A DNA stretch of 51,499 nucleotides from Verrucomicrobiales bacterium (GTDB taxonomy: Bacteria > Verrucomicrobiota > Verrucomicrobiia > Verrucomicrobiales > DEV007), in the NCBI GenBank assembly GCA_039806885.1, contig JBDHQE010000001.1:1-51499 (forward strand). Reading direction: 5' to 3'. The notes beneath the pieces were generated by a model. The model saw only the letters and a list, made by a program, of their open reading frames with translations, searched no databases and had not been told where the DNA came from. Each line of letters starts with the position of its first letter. Position 1 is the stretch's first letter. This document shows, in pieces, positions 18,115-28,055 of this stretch. The position numbers and the translations under genes were made by a program.

Positions 18115-19968
18115 ATGACTGCCCCATTACGATTTTTCTGCTCTGTTTTTCCCCTAGCTGTGGCTCTTTTGTGGGTGACGAATTCTACTGCAAAGGAATG
18201 GCGTGCTTCCATTGTCCCTGCTTCGCTTGAAAAAGATAGAACGGTGCGTTTGGTCGCCGGAGTGGCGAGTGCCCTGTCTTTTTATCTACAAGCAGACAAA
18301 GAAACCTTGGCAAAGGCGAAAAAACACACGCTTCAGGTGGAGTTTGACCTGCCAGAGGGGTTCCGTATTAACGACGAAGGCGGGAATTATGGCTTCTCCA
18401 AGAAAAAGGAGATTCAGCGAGAGGGGCGGGTCATCACGGAGTATGAAGTCGTCGTTCGGAATGATGATATGCTCGGAAGAGCAGGCGCACGTCTGGACTC
18501 GGAATGGCGAAACCATGCGGTTTTTGTTCAGGCTCCAGATGAAGTGGTGGAGGGCGAGAGGGAGATTCACGTGGTGGTGAGGCAAGATGAGTATGAGCAG
18601 CGATACACTTGGCCTCTGGTTCTCCAGTCCGTTTCTCCTCCGACCCATCGCCCCCAATCGACCACCATAGGCTTATGGGATTATAATTATGCGAGAGTGT
18701 CTACCAAGGAATCAGCAGAGGGAGTGGCGGATTTGTTCCACCGCAGCGGCATTGGCTTCGTGCAGGCTGCGCGGGCGGATGTGTATCTCCAAGCCTTGGA
18801 GGCGAAGGGGATCGTGCGAGGAGGAAATATGCATCATGCTTATTTCTATGACCGTAATCATGCCGATTATAACGCTGATGGCCAGAAGGTAACTAGCACC
18901 TTCTCCGACGCGACTGCGATTTCTACCTTGCCGGACGAAGCGGAGATTGCCGGGGTAAAGCAGCTGGTAGAACATGCCCGGATTTCCGGTGGAGTCGCTA
19001 GTTTCGACTACGAGCCACGGGGAGGGAGTGGCGGATTTTCAGAGTCGTCAGTGAAGGCCTTTCGTGAGAAATATAAGGTTAGTGAAGAGGACTTTGAGCG
19101 ATTTCGCTCCTACGTCGCTGAGCATGGTTCCAAGTCCTTCCAAGTGGAAGAGGAGGATCTGCAAGCCTTGTGGAGGCAGTGGACAGAATTTCGATCACAG
19201 CAGGTAAAAGCGTATACAAAGCGAATTTACCAAGCCTTCAAAAAGGAGCTTCCCGAGGGCATCCTGTTGAATACGACGAGCAAGTCCTATGGGGCGAATA
19301 CGGAGAATACGCAGGCGCTCGGCACAGATAATTCGGTGATGTCTCTCTATGCCGATATCATCGCGCCTCAGTTCTATTTCGGATACGGAGCAGCACAGGC
19401 GAAACAGGCGATGAGATATGCAGAGGGCTGGCGGGAGGTGATCGATACGAATCAAGCACCCTCGCAATTGTGGCCGCTGCTTTTAGTGCGGTATGCGGGG
19501 GCATCGTCAAAAAACAGTCCTTCTCGATTGCGCCAGCAAATCATAGGCGTGCTGGCGCACGGTGCGCAGGGAGTGGTGATGTATTATCCCGGCGTGATGG
19601 ATGCGCCGTACTGGGAGATGTTGGCACGCACGACAGAGGTGATAGCGGAGTTTGAAGAATATTATCAAAAGGGGAAAAGAGAGGATCGCTCCTTCCCATT
19701 GCTCAATCTTTCTGACGAAGAGGAGGAAATTACCACATGGCCGGGCTATGGGGAGACGGTGAGTGATCCGAAGCGGGCCTATACACTTCATCGTCTGGGA
19801 GAAAAGCGTCTTCTCACCTTTTTCAACATGGATGAGGAGGGGGATCAGGTGTTCGAATTACCCTTTGATTTGGACGGTATACAGCTACAGAAACACGCGA
19901 AAATCGAAGGAAAGCGCAAGGTCGTGGTGACTCCTTTGGAGATAGGATTCGTCGTGGTGTCTCCTTGA
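18115..19968 (+). CDS. Exported hypothetical protein, possible glycoside-hydrolase-like TIM barrel
   Basis: Signal peptide; FDYEP, WRQWTEFR, ADIIAPQFY and LAHGAQGVVMY recall GH42/GHL-like barrels. Confidence 0.55.
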   Translation: MTAPLRFFCSVFPLAVALLWVTNSTAKEWRASIVPASLEKDRTVRLVAGVASALSFYLQADKETLAKAKKHTLQVEFDLPEGFRINDEGGNYGFSKKKEIQREGRVITEYEVVVRNDDMLGRAGARLDSEWRNHAVFVQAPDEVVEGEREIHVVVRQDEYEQRYTWPLVLQSVSPPTHRPQSTTIGLWDYNYARVSTKESAEGVADLFHRSGIGFVQAARADVYLQALEAKGIVRGGNMHHAYFYDRNHADYNADGQKVTSTFSDATAISTLPDEAEIAGVKQLVEHARISGGVASFDYEPRGGSGGFSESSVKAFREKYKVSEEDFERFRSYVAEHGSKSFQVEEEDLQALWRQWTEFRSQQVKAYTKRIYQAFKKELPEGILLNTTSKSYGANTENTQALGTDNSVMSLYADIIAPQFYFGYGAAQAKQAMRYAEGWREVIDTNQAPSQLWPLLLVRYAGASSKNSPSRLRQQIIGVLAHGAQGVVMYYPGVMDAPYWEMLARTTEVIAEFEEYYQKGKREDRSFPLLNLSDEEEEITTWPGYGETVSDPKRAYTLHRLGEKRLLTFFNMDEEGDQVFELPFDLDGIQLQKHAKIEGKRKVVVTPLEIGFVVVSP

Positions 19969-20072
19969 TACAGAGCGGATCGGTATGGGAGCAGGTTTCC
20001 CCCGATTGTCCTGCTAGATTTCCAGGGACTGGCGATTTTCGATTGGGTATTAGTGGATTCTTTGCGGCCCTT

Positions 20073-22160
20073 TCACTTTTCGACAGGAATCCATCGAACG
20101 GCATCGATGATGACGTGGCCGTCGACTCCGAGATTGGAAATTGTGACTGTGCCCGATTTTTCAAAACGATATCGCCCGACTGAGTGGAAGTATTTGTCGA
20201 TGGATGGCTTCTCTTTTTGATTGATGGTGACTTCACTGATGCCATCGGCGTGTTCGATCTTCACGGGGGTACGTGTGGAGCGGTTGGAGTTGGCCATCCA
20301 GGCGATCTGGACTTCATATTCACCGGCGGCAGGGAGCGCGGCTGCGAATCTGGCGCTGCTCTTTCCGTCACATGTTCCTTCGTCATGCTGATAGCCTCGG
20401 TGGATACCTCCCATCACGATCGATGGCTTCCAGTTTCCGGTGAGCTGGGCGGCGGTGTCATCGACGACGATTCCGGACAGGGTTTCGAGTGTGGCGAAAT
20501 TCTCTTTCGCTCGAGGAGGGGCGGTGTATTCGAGGATCTGGTGATCGGCTTCGAGACGGGTTTTGAGTGCGGTGTAATCGACATCTTGGACAGGGCTGTC
20601 AGCATCGATGGCTAGGCTCGCAGCGGTCGCGGCGGATTGTCCGAGTACCATGAATACGGGTTCCATACGGATGGAGCCGAAGGCCATGTGGCTGGCTGAC
20701 AGACAAATGGGCACGAGCAGGTTTTCGCATTCGCTCCGCTTCGGCACGAGGGCGCCGTAGTCGATGGGATAAGGGGGGAAGCCTCCGACTTGCACATCGC
20801 CTTCATTGTGGACGAAGCCATCCTCGCCGACGTAGCGCTGGGTATGGTGGGAATCCATGGTGTAGGCTCCCATGCCCACGGAGCGCTCGGCCTTCTTTTC
20901 TCCTCGGCAATACAATTCGGTCATGACGAAATCGGATACCATGCGCCGGGCCTCGCGGATGTAGAGCTGGTCTTGCCAGCCTTGTCCCTCGACGAATTCG
21001 TCCTTCGACATGCCCCAGCGGGCGACTTCATTCCGAACGGAATCGGGCATGCGGGGATGATTGGCGAGTGTCCACATCAGACCTTGCTGGTAGAGGAGAT
21101 GACGGGCGATTATTTTCTCGCGTTCGGCGTAGGTGGCCTCGGGATATTGGTAATTCTGCCCGACGAAATCGGTGGAGAAACCAAGGCGGTTGTTGGTGTC
21201 GGTTTTGCGGTTGGGCATGGGGGCATTGATCCAAGGCAGAGTGGTTTCGCCCGCTTCATAGTTGCGTAGCAGCAGTTCATACCACTGCTCGTCGTATCCC
21301 TCGGGTTTCTCAAAGGGGATTTGATTCTCTGGATCATCGGTGAGACACATCCGAAAGCAGTAGGCCTGAACGCGCTTGTCCCCGCCGCCTTCCTCACCAG
21401 GACCCTTCGGATCGATGAAGGGCAGGAGTCCACTCTGTGGATCACCGGCTTTTACATAGGGATCGACGCCGGTGACGAACTGATGATATCTCGCCCGCTG
21501 AGTCTGAACTCCGCTCAGGGTTTCGTCGTATTGAGAGTTCGGTTCGCGTCCGACGGTGTAGCTGACCCCGGCAGCGGCCATCAGATCGCCTTCGTAGGTG
21601 GTGTCGAGAAAGATTTTGCCACGATAGACTTCGCCTGATTCCATCGTGATGGAGACGATGCGTCCATTTTCTTTGAGGACGCCTTTCGTGCGATCAAGCC
21701 GCTGGCCTCGAATCAGCTCGATTCCCGATTCGACACACCAGTCGCGGTATATCTTGAGGGCAACGGAGGGTTCAAAGGTCCACATAGTGGCCTCGCCGGA
21801 ATCGGTGCTACTCTGTCCGCGACCTTTATAATCTTCGCGCTTCTGCCGGGTCCAGGATTCTGGCTTGGCGTAGTGGAGGGCGACGCGGTGATAAAACTCA
21901 CGCGAGAGTCCTCCGATGACCATTTTGTTCCCGATGTCGGTCTGGCCGAGTCCGCCGGTGGTGAGACCACCTTCGCGCTGCGAGGGTTCGATGACGATCG
22001 CAGTTTTTCCCATGGCCCGAGCTTGGATTGCGGCGACGAGGCCAGCGCTGGTTCCCCCGTAGATCACCAGATCACGTTCCACAGGGTCAGAAGCCTGCAT
22101 GGATGGCGTGAGTGATAAAAGAATGCTAAGGGACAAGGCAATGGAGAGTCTAGAGGTCAT
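20073..22160 (-). CDS. Exported FAD-dependent oxidoreductase (FAD_oxidored / 'xanthan lyase'-annotated type) with C-terminal CBM-like domain
   Basis: Signal peptide from ATG 22160; VIYGGTSAG, DTTYEGDL, VQAYCFR, YIREARR, SASHMAFGSIRMEP; C-terminal IVVDD...IDAVRW. Confidence 0.85.
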   Translation of the reverse strand: MTSRLSIALSLSILLSLTPSMQASDPVERDLVIYGGTSAGLVAAIQARAMGKTAIVIEPSQREGGLTTGGLGQTDIGNKMVIGGLSREFYHRVALHYAKPESWTRQKREDYKGRGQSSTDSGEATMWTFEPSVALKIYRDWCVESGIELIRGQRLDRTKGVLKENGRIVSITMESGEVYRGKIFLDTTYEGDLMAAAGVSYTVGREPNSQYDETLSGVQTQRARYHQFVTGVDPYVKAGDPQSGLLPFIDPKGPGEEGGGDKRVQAYCFRMCLTDDPENQIPFEKPEGYDEQWYELLLRNYEAGETTLPWINAPMPNRKTDTNNRLGFSTDFVGQNYQYPEATYAEREKIIARHLLYQQGLMWTLANHPRMPDSVRNEVARWGMSKDEFVEGQGWQDQLYIREARRMVSDFVMTELYCRGEKKAERSVGMGAYTMDSHHTQRYVGEDGFVHNEGDVQVGGFPPYPIDYGALVPKRSECENLLVPICLSASHMAFGSIRMEPVFMVLGQSAATAASLAIDADSPVQDVDYTALKTRLEADHQILEYTAPPRAKENFATLETLSGIVVDDTAAQLTGNWKPSIVMGGIHRGYQHDEGTCDGKSSARFAAALPAAGEYEVQIAWMANSNRSTRTPVKIEHADGISEVTINQKEKPSIDKYFHSVGRYRFEKSGTVTISNLGVDGHVIIDAVRWIPVEK

Positions 22161-22174
22161 GGAGAATTGGAAGG

Positions 22175-23146
22175 CTAGAGATACTGATCGAACCATTTTA
22201 CGAAAAGGCGTAAGTCTAGAACCGCGCCTAGCCAGCCGTGTTTTTTTCCTTTGCGGATGATCAGATTGACGGGAGCTGCGTTTGCCTTTTTCGAGGCTTC
22301 GACGAACCACTCGGATTGCTCCAGTGGCACGAGGGTATCGGCGTCGCCGTGGAGAATGAGGATGGGCGGCTGGCCGGGATGGACGTGAAAGACGGGAGAG
22401 AGACTGCGGGCCAGGGCTGGCCATTTTTCAGGATCGGTCCCCTCCGGGCCGAAGGACTTGCGAAAACTCTTCGGCGGTCCCCCGTCACCGGCATTCTCTG
22501 TTGAGTGTCCGAGATCGAGAAGATTGGTCACGGGAAAGAAGATCGCAACCGCTTGGACGGCACTGCTTTCCCTGTCCACTGGATCGGGAGCATCGGCAGG
22601 GCCGAGTCCGCCCTGGGTTGCCAGCATCAGGCAGAGATGTCCACCCGAGCTGCCACCGGTCACTCCGATGCGATTCGGATCGATTCGATAATCGGCTGCG
22701 TGGTGACGGATAAAGCGGACGGCTCGGTTCACATCGGCGACGGTGTTCTGAATGCTCGTCTCTGGCTGAGAGCGATGGGCGACGAGAAACACGGTGTATC
22801 CGCTGCGCAGTAGAGGCGCTGTGAGCGAGAATTTCCACGAGCGAAAGGATTCGGGGTGAGATTTCCATTTGCCGCTAATCATCACGAGAACGGCGGCCCC
22901 GTTCGGCATTTTCGGACGTGCCATGTCAAAGGTCAGGTCGTGACCGTCGCGCTGGCCATAGACGATTCCATCGGTGCGCTCGCAGGAGGGGGTGTAATAC
23001 CAGTAGATGCCCCCGGCTCCTGCTGCGAGCAGAAGGATCAGGATCAGGACTCCGAGCAGGAGGCGACAGAAAACCTGCCGACAGCCGCCTTTGTTCCTCC
23101 CCGTGGGGAGAGAGGGGGCGTTGGAGTCTGTTGCGGGTGCGCTCAT
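22175..23146 (-). CDS. Membrane-anchored alpha/beta hydrolase (esterase)
   Basis: N-terminal TM; IGVTGGSSGGHL nucleophile elbow, HGDADTLVP, GKKHGW. Confidence 0.88.
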   Translation of the reverse strand: MSAPATDSNAPSLPTGRNKGGCRQVFCRLLLGVLILILLLAAGAGGIYWYYTPSCERTDGIVYGQRDGHDLTFDMARPKMPNGAAVLVMISGKWKSHPESFRSWKFSLTAPLLRSGYTVFLVAHRSQPETSIQNTVADVNRAVRFIRHHAADYRIDPNRIGVTGGSSGGHLCLMLATQGGLGPADAPDPVDRESSAVQAVAIFFPVTNLLDLGHSTENAGDGGPPKSFRKSFGPEGTDPEKWPALARSLSPVFHVHPGQPPILILHGDADTLVPLEQSEWFVEASKKANAAPVNLIIRKGKKHGWLGAVLDLRLFVKWFDQYL

Positions 23147-25056
23147 CGCTGCTCAGGAGTCGAGGTGACGTTCTCCAGAAGTTCGGCTAGGTTGAGATGG
23201 GTGTAGCGTGCATGACTAGCTACGTTTTTCGAGTCGGCGTAGGCGACCCAGAGATCGAGTGTATCTGGACCGAAGAGCACGGACTGGATGTTCGACTTCA
23301 TGCAGACCGGGCGTGTCATCAATTCGCGGGCTGATTCGGGAGTGAAGTGGCCGTATCCTTTCTTTACTCGACTGACCAGTTCCTTGTAACGATCCCCTGC
23401 GGACAGAAGAACTGTGTCCTCGACAGGATCGGGGAGCTGAGGATGACTTTCTCCAGACCAGACGGTTTCGAAAATATCTGGAGTGGCTTTAATCCCGACA
23501 GCCCGATGGGTTTTCCCATCGGAGATCACGTAGTAATATTCGCAAGTGCGGGGGCTGTTGCGCATCAGCTCGACCGCTTCGTCGATGGTGTCACAGCGCT
23601 CCATGACTTCGCGGACGAGTTGAGCCATCGGTTTTCCGTCCCAATTTCCTTCCCCGCGTCCGCCCATTTCGCCGATGGCGACTTTTTTCTCGTTCATCGC
23701 GGTTACGGAACCGACGAAACCGGCATAGCTGACGTTCACCCAAGCATTCCCATCGTCGGGACGATAGATCATGACGACAGCATTATCCTCTAGGCCGACC
23801 CCGATCATGTAATCGAGAATGCGTCCGTGATAGAGTTTCCCATCCACGGTGGCCTTTCCGTGCAGGGCGAAGCCAGAGCAGTGGAAGAGTTCGGGAAAGA
23901 AATTCGCTAGTTGGACTTCGTCGTGCCGGAGTCCAGCCGCCGAGGCAAGAGCACTCATCTCGGTGAGATAGCTCGGCGGAACGAAGGGTTTTGAGCGATT
24001 CGTAGCCTCTTCGATCTCGCCGAAGAACCAGCGATTCTTGGCGAAGGAACTGGCGACTCCGATACCATAGACCATCTTCTCGACAACGGATCGTACCTCC
24101 GGTCCGAGGAGTTCACCGTGCTGGCGACCTATTTCCTCCGGCGAACCGCTCAGAAACAGTACGCGCAAGCCGTCGTGATCCTCCAGACGCCCTTTTCCGG
24201 AGGTGCGAACGATTTTGGCTTTTCCGGTATTCAGCGGCAAAGGAGGCGTCTTTGCTCCGATCCGACTGCGCAGGACGCGCGCGCTGCGGACGAGGTGAGA
24301 CAGGGCGACGCGCTCGATCTTTGCGTCGGTTGGCACCGCCCAGTTCGGGTCATCCGTGTCTGCCTTGCTCCAGGTGGGATTTCGAAAGGCGAGGTCGATT
24401 TCCTTGTCATCGAAACTGACTCGACACTGTAGAACGTTTTCCGCACTTGGGGTCTCGATCAAATCGAGGGTAAAATCCGGTAGGCCGATCAATTTTCCGA
24501 GGCGACTAGGGCTAATTTTTTGCTCGGAGGAATTGGGATTGTACGGTGATACAGAGACCAGCAGAGGCAGGAGGAAACGCACGGCGCAGGAGTGGACGGG
24601 AATCGCATAGGGCGGTAGGGAGATTGGCACGATTGAGGAGGGATCATCTGCGAAGCAGGGCACGGTCTCATCGCCTAGGACTGTGAAACCTGAGTCTTCC
24701 CGCTGAATCCAGATCAAACGATCATCCCTCGCCAGAGCTACTTTTTTTCCATCGACTTCCGTGCGCAAGAGAAGATGGGACGGAGCTTGCCAACGAAGAG
24801 ACAGGGAATGTCCGGAGATTTTCTCAGACAGGCCTTTTACTGAGGTAATGGAGAGGGTAGTGTCGAAGACCTGACCCTGTTCACTTTGCCGAATCCAGTC
24901 CGCTACGCTGTGGCCAAAGGCACGCGAATCTGACGTGCTCATCAGCCATACGGCGGCGAAGAGTAGTGCGATGCTGATCAAAACTGCGACGAAACAGCGA
25001 CGAAGCCAGCGCTTCTTGCGCGGAGTAGGCGGAATCGAATCGAGCGTATCGGACAT
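23143..25056 (-). CDS. Membrane-anchored C45-family Ntn hydrolase with extra N-terminal domain
   Basis: GSPEEIGRQHG, FH-CSGF (autoproteolytic Cys), LYHGRILDY, GSVTAMNE. Start at 25056 or 25092. Confidence 0.8.
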   Translation of the reverse strand: MSDTLDSIPPTPRKKRWLRRCFVAVLISIALLFAAVWLMSTSDSRAFGHSVADWIRQSEQGQVFDTTLSITSVKGLSEKISGHSLSLRWQAPSHLLLRTEVDGKKVALARDDRLIWIQREDSGFTVLGDETVPCFADDPSSIVPISLPPYAIPVHSCAVRFLLPLLVSVSPYNPNSSEQKISPSRLGKLIGLPDFTLDLIETPSAENVLQCRVSFDDKEIDLAFRNPTWSKADTDDPNWAVPTDAKIERVALSHLVRSARVLRSRIGAKTPPLPLNTGKAKIVRTSGKGRLEDHDGLRVLFLSGSPEEIGRQHGELLGPEVRSVVEKMVYGIGVASSFAKNRWFFGEIEEATNRSKPFVPPSYLTEMSALASAAGLRHDEVQLANFFPELFHCSGFALHGKATVDGKLYHGRILDYMIGVGLEDNAVVMIYRPDDGNAWVNVSYAGFVGSVTAMNEKKVAIGEMGGRGEGNWDGKPMAQLVREVMERCDTIDEAVELMRNSPRTCEYYYVISDGKTHRAVGIKATPDIFETVWSGESHPQLPDPVEDTVLLSAGDRYKELVSRVKKGYGHFTPESARELMTRPVCMKSNIQSVLFGPDTLDLWVAYADSKNVASHARYTHLNLAELLENVTSTPEQR

Positions 25057-25343
25057 GGGGGATAGTGAACCGGACGGGAGGTGATGCGTCAAGTGAGCCT
25101 TTGCGGAGAAGGGGGAGATGCGAGAAGCTCATAGTCGAGCTTCGTATTGAGAATGAATAATTTAAACGTATTTCAGGAAGAAATTGTTTCTCTTATCAGA
25201 TCATTTCACGCCATTTTGACGCGGATTTTTACTGAATCTCAGCTTATGGTAGTCGTGGTTGGCTTCTCTCCGTACAAAATGACTTTTAGAGGAAAGAGGA
25301 GTTCGATCTTTAATCCATCCGATCAAACCTATCTGATTCAAAC

Positions 25344-26072
25344 ATGACTACTGAAAGCCATCTTTCTCGACGCGATTTCGTGATGACTGGAGCACTCGCG
25401 ATGGGGGCCTCGCTCCTATCGCCTCGCTCTGTCTCCGCTGCAGATGCACATTCACAGGAGACGCTACCGTATGCATTCGATGCGCTGGAGCCTTACATCG
25501 ACGCGATGACGATGGAGATTCACTACGGTAAGCATCATGCGGCTTACATTAAGAATCTCAATACTGCTCTCGAAGGGCAGGCTGCTCTGTCGGCTCTGAG
25601 TATCGATCAACTAGTTACGGGACTCGAAAAGGTAGACGACGCGAAGCTCCAGACCGCGCTGCGCAATAATGGGGGCGGGCACTGGAATCACACCTTCTTC
25701 TGGAAGAGCATGACCCCGGCAGCGAAGAGCGGGAAGCCGTCAACTGAACTAGCCAAAGCCATCGATTCCGCTTTTGGCTCTTTTGCAGAATTTCAGACGG
25801 TCTTTGCCGATGCTGCAGCGAAGCGTTTTGGTTCAGGTTGGGCCTGGCTGATTAAAAAGGATGGTGCGCTCAAAGTCACGAGCACACCGAATCAGGATAA
25901 TCCGCTGATGACGGGCTTAGTTCCTGATTCTGATCTGGGTACTCCTATCCTCGGGCTGGATGTCTGGGAGCACGCATACTACCTGCATTATCAGAATCGA
26001 CGTCCGGATTATGTCACCGCGTGGTGGAACGTGGTGAATTGGGACGAAGTCTCGGCGCGATTTACTGCATAA
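25344..26072 (+). CDS. sodA: Superoxide dismutase, Mn-type signature, with Tat signal
   Basis: [38 protein letters not shown]; N-terminal SRRDFV. Confidence 0.93.
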   Translation: MTTESHLSRRDFVMTGALAMGASLLSPRSVSAADAHSQETLPYAFDALEPYIDAMTMEIHYGKHHAAYIKNLNTALEGQAALSALSIDQLVTGLEKVDDAKLQTALRNNGGGHWNHTFFWKSMTPAAKSGKPSTELAKAIDSAFGSFAEFQTVFADAAAKRFGSGWAWLIKKDGALKVTSTPNQDNPLMTGLVPDSDLGTPILGLDVWEHAYYLHYQNRRPDYVTAWWNVVNWDEVSARFTA

Positions 26073-26107
26073 ATCATCGTAATTTTATCGTCTGATCGCT
26101 GAGGTGA

Positions 26108-28021
26108 TTGATGGAGCCGATCGAGGTCCTGCAGCGATTCTTTGGGCACGATACATTTCGACCCGGACAGGAGGATGTGATTCGCCGTCTTCTGTCCGGG
26201 CGCTCGACGCTCGCTTTGTTCCCGACAGGAGCGGGAAAAAGCCTCTGTTATCAGCTTCCGGCCCTGATGGTGGACGGGTTGACCCTAGTCGTCTCGCCGC
26301 TGATCGCTCTGATGAAAGATCAGGTCGAGAGTCTGATGCGACGAGGAATTCCGGCAGCTCGACTCGATTCCACGCTATCGGTGAACGAGCTGCGAGAAAT
26401 CGAGAGCGGGCTGGAGCGGGGTGCTTGGAAACTACTCTACGTTTCGCCCGAACGTCTGGCTAGTGAGGCCTTCGTTCGTCGACTCAGACGACAGAAAATT
26501 TCCATACTGGCCGTCGATGAGGCGCACTGCATCTCTGAATGGGGACATAATTTTCGTCCTGACTACCTCCGCCTTCCGAAGATTGCCCGAGAGCTTGGAA
26601 TTTCCTGTGTGCTGACCATGACTGCTACGGCTACCGTCGTGACGGCAGAGAAAATCGGCGCGAGCTTCGGGATTCCAGAGCAGGGCTGGGTGCGCACGTC
26701 AGCTGATCGACCGAATCTTCGCTATCGACTTCATGCCTGCGAGTTCGATCACAGGGATGAAAATCTGCTCTCACTCCTGAAGGATGGACCGGCGGGCGCT
26801 ACGATCATTTATGTGACGCTGAGAGAAACTACGGAGAGAGTTGCCGGATACCTCAGCAGGGAGGGGCTTCCTGCGCGTGCCTACCATGCAGGTATGAGAT
26901 CAGAGGATCGCGCTGAGGTGCAGGATGGATTTCTATCCGGAGAGCTTCCTATTGTCGTCGCGACAGTGGCCTTCGGCATGGGGGTGGATAAGCCGGACGT
27001 GCGACGTGTCATTCACTACAATCTACCGAAGTCTATCGAAAATTTCGTGCAGGAGACTGGTCGTGCCGGACGAGACGGACTGCCTGCGGTGTGTGATCTA
27101 ATCGCCTGTGCGGATGATTTGACCGTTTTGGAGAATTTCGTTTATGCTGATACTCCTTCAGATCGCTCTCTTCGTTCCCTGATCGACTATGTGCTGCGCC
27201 AGGAGGAGACATTTTCTCTGTCGCTCTATGATCTCTCTGTCTCACTTGATATTCGCCAGACAGTGATCGAGACCGCGCTTTCCTATCTGGAGATGGAAGG
27301 CTGGATAACGCCGGTCGGGGTCACTTGGGATCGGATCGAATTGCGTATGACGGAGTCGATTGAGGCCTGGACTCAGGGTTTTCCCCCGGAAGAAAAGGAA
27401 CTGCTCCGACGGCTCCTCGCGACAGGTAAAAAGGGCCGTCTGTGGATGCGCTTCGATATTGCAGATTCCGCAGCTACGCTCGGGGAGGACGAGTCGAGAG
27501 TGCGGGCATTACTGCAGGAACTGGCGGTACAGGAGGGAATTCTCACCCAGCGCAGTGGGGTGCGCGAGGTCTGGCATCGAGTGGAGAAAGATCGGCCTCC
27601 CGTATCCGTGATCGCAGATAGTCTGGTGGAACGTTTCTTAGCGCTGGAGCAAAGTCAGATTGACCGCCTTCACCAGTTCCAGAATCTGTGCGAGAATGGA
27701 GTCTGTGTGACGCAGCAACTGCTTCGTTACTTTGGAGAAGAGTCGGAGCCCTGTGGAACGTGCAGCGCCTGTTGCGGTGAGAGCACTGCGGGAGCGCTAC
27801 CTGTCACACAGCTTCGTGCATTCTCTCTGGAGGATATCGCCCTGATTCAGGCTGTCAGGAAGGAAAATCATCCGGCTCTCCGCCAGCCACGGCAATTGGC
27901 CCGCTTTCTTTGTGGACTTTCGAGCCCCGCAGTTCGACGAGGTGGATTGATGAAGGATGATCGATTCGGTGCTCTCAGCGAAATTCCTTTCAGCGAGGTG
28001 CTCGCACAGATCGAGGCATAG
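26108..28021 (+). CDS. recQ: RecQ-family ATP-dependent DNA helicase
   Basis: PTGAGKSLCYQ, VDEAHCISEWGHNFRPDY, AFGMGVDKPDVR, QETGRAGRDG, Zn site CGTCSAC. Confidence 0.93.
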   Translation: MMEPIEVLQRFFGHDTFRPGQEDVIRRLLSGRSTLALFPTGAGKSLCYQLPALMVDGLTLVVSPLIALMKDQVESLMRRGIPAARLDSTLSVNELREIESGLERGAWKLLYVSPERLASEAFVRRLRRQKISILAVDEAHCISEWGHNFRPDYLRLPKIARELGISCVLTMTATATVVTAEKIGASFGIPEQGWVRTSADRPNLRYRLHACEFDHRDENLLSLLKDGPAGATIIYVTLRETTERVAGYLSREGLPARAYHAGMRSEDRAEVQDGFLSGELPIVVATVAFGMGVDKPDVRRVIHYNLPKSIENFVQETGRAGRDGLPAVCDLIACADDLTVLENFVYADTPSDRSLRSLIDYVLRQEETFSLSLYDLSVSLDIRQTVIETALSYLEMEGWITPVGVTWDRIELRMTESIEAWTQGFPPEEKELLRRLLATGKKGRLWMRFDIADSAATLGEDESRVRALLQELAVQEGILTQRSGVREVWHRVEKDRPPVSVIADSLVERFLALEQSQIDRLHQFQNLCENGVCVTQQLLRYFGEESEPCGTCSACCGESTAGALPVTQLRAFSLEDIALIQAVRKENHPALRQPRQLARFLCGLSSPAVRRGGLMKDDRFGALSEIPFSEVLAQIEA

Positions 28022-28055
28022 AAGAGCCGGTAATACGGGGAAGGAGGATCAAAAT

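Noticed and set aside
17732-18230. Short ORFs 17732-18016(-), 17994-18212(-) and 18015-18230(+)
   Set aside because: They overlap the repeats, the GxxExxY relic or the 18115 gene and show no motifs.
22161-22424. Arg-rich 88-aa N-terminus of the 783-aa ORF
   Set aside because: Overlaps the esterase gene; the signal peptide starts at ATG 22160.
25147-25167. Possible Fur/PerR box upstream of sodA, and ORF 25147-25347
   Set aside because: Only about 11/19 match to the Fur consensus with one good half-site; the ORF is AT-rich intergenic sequence without motifs.
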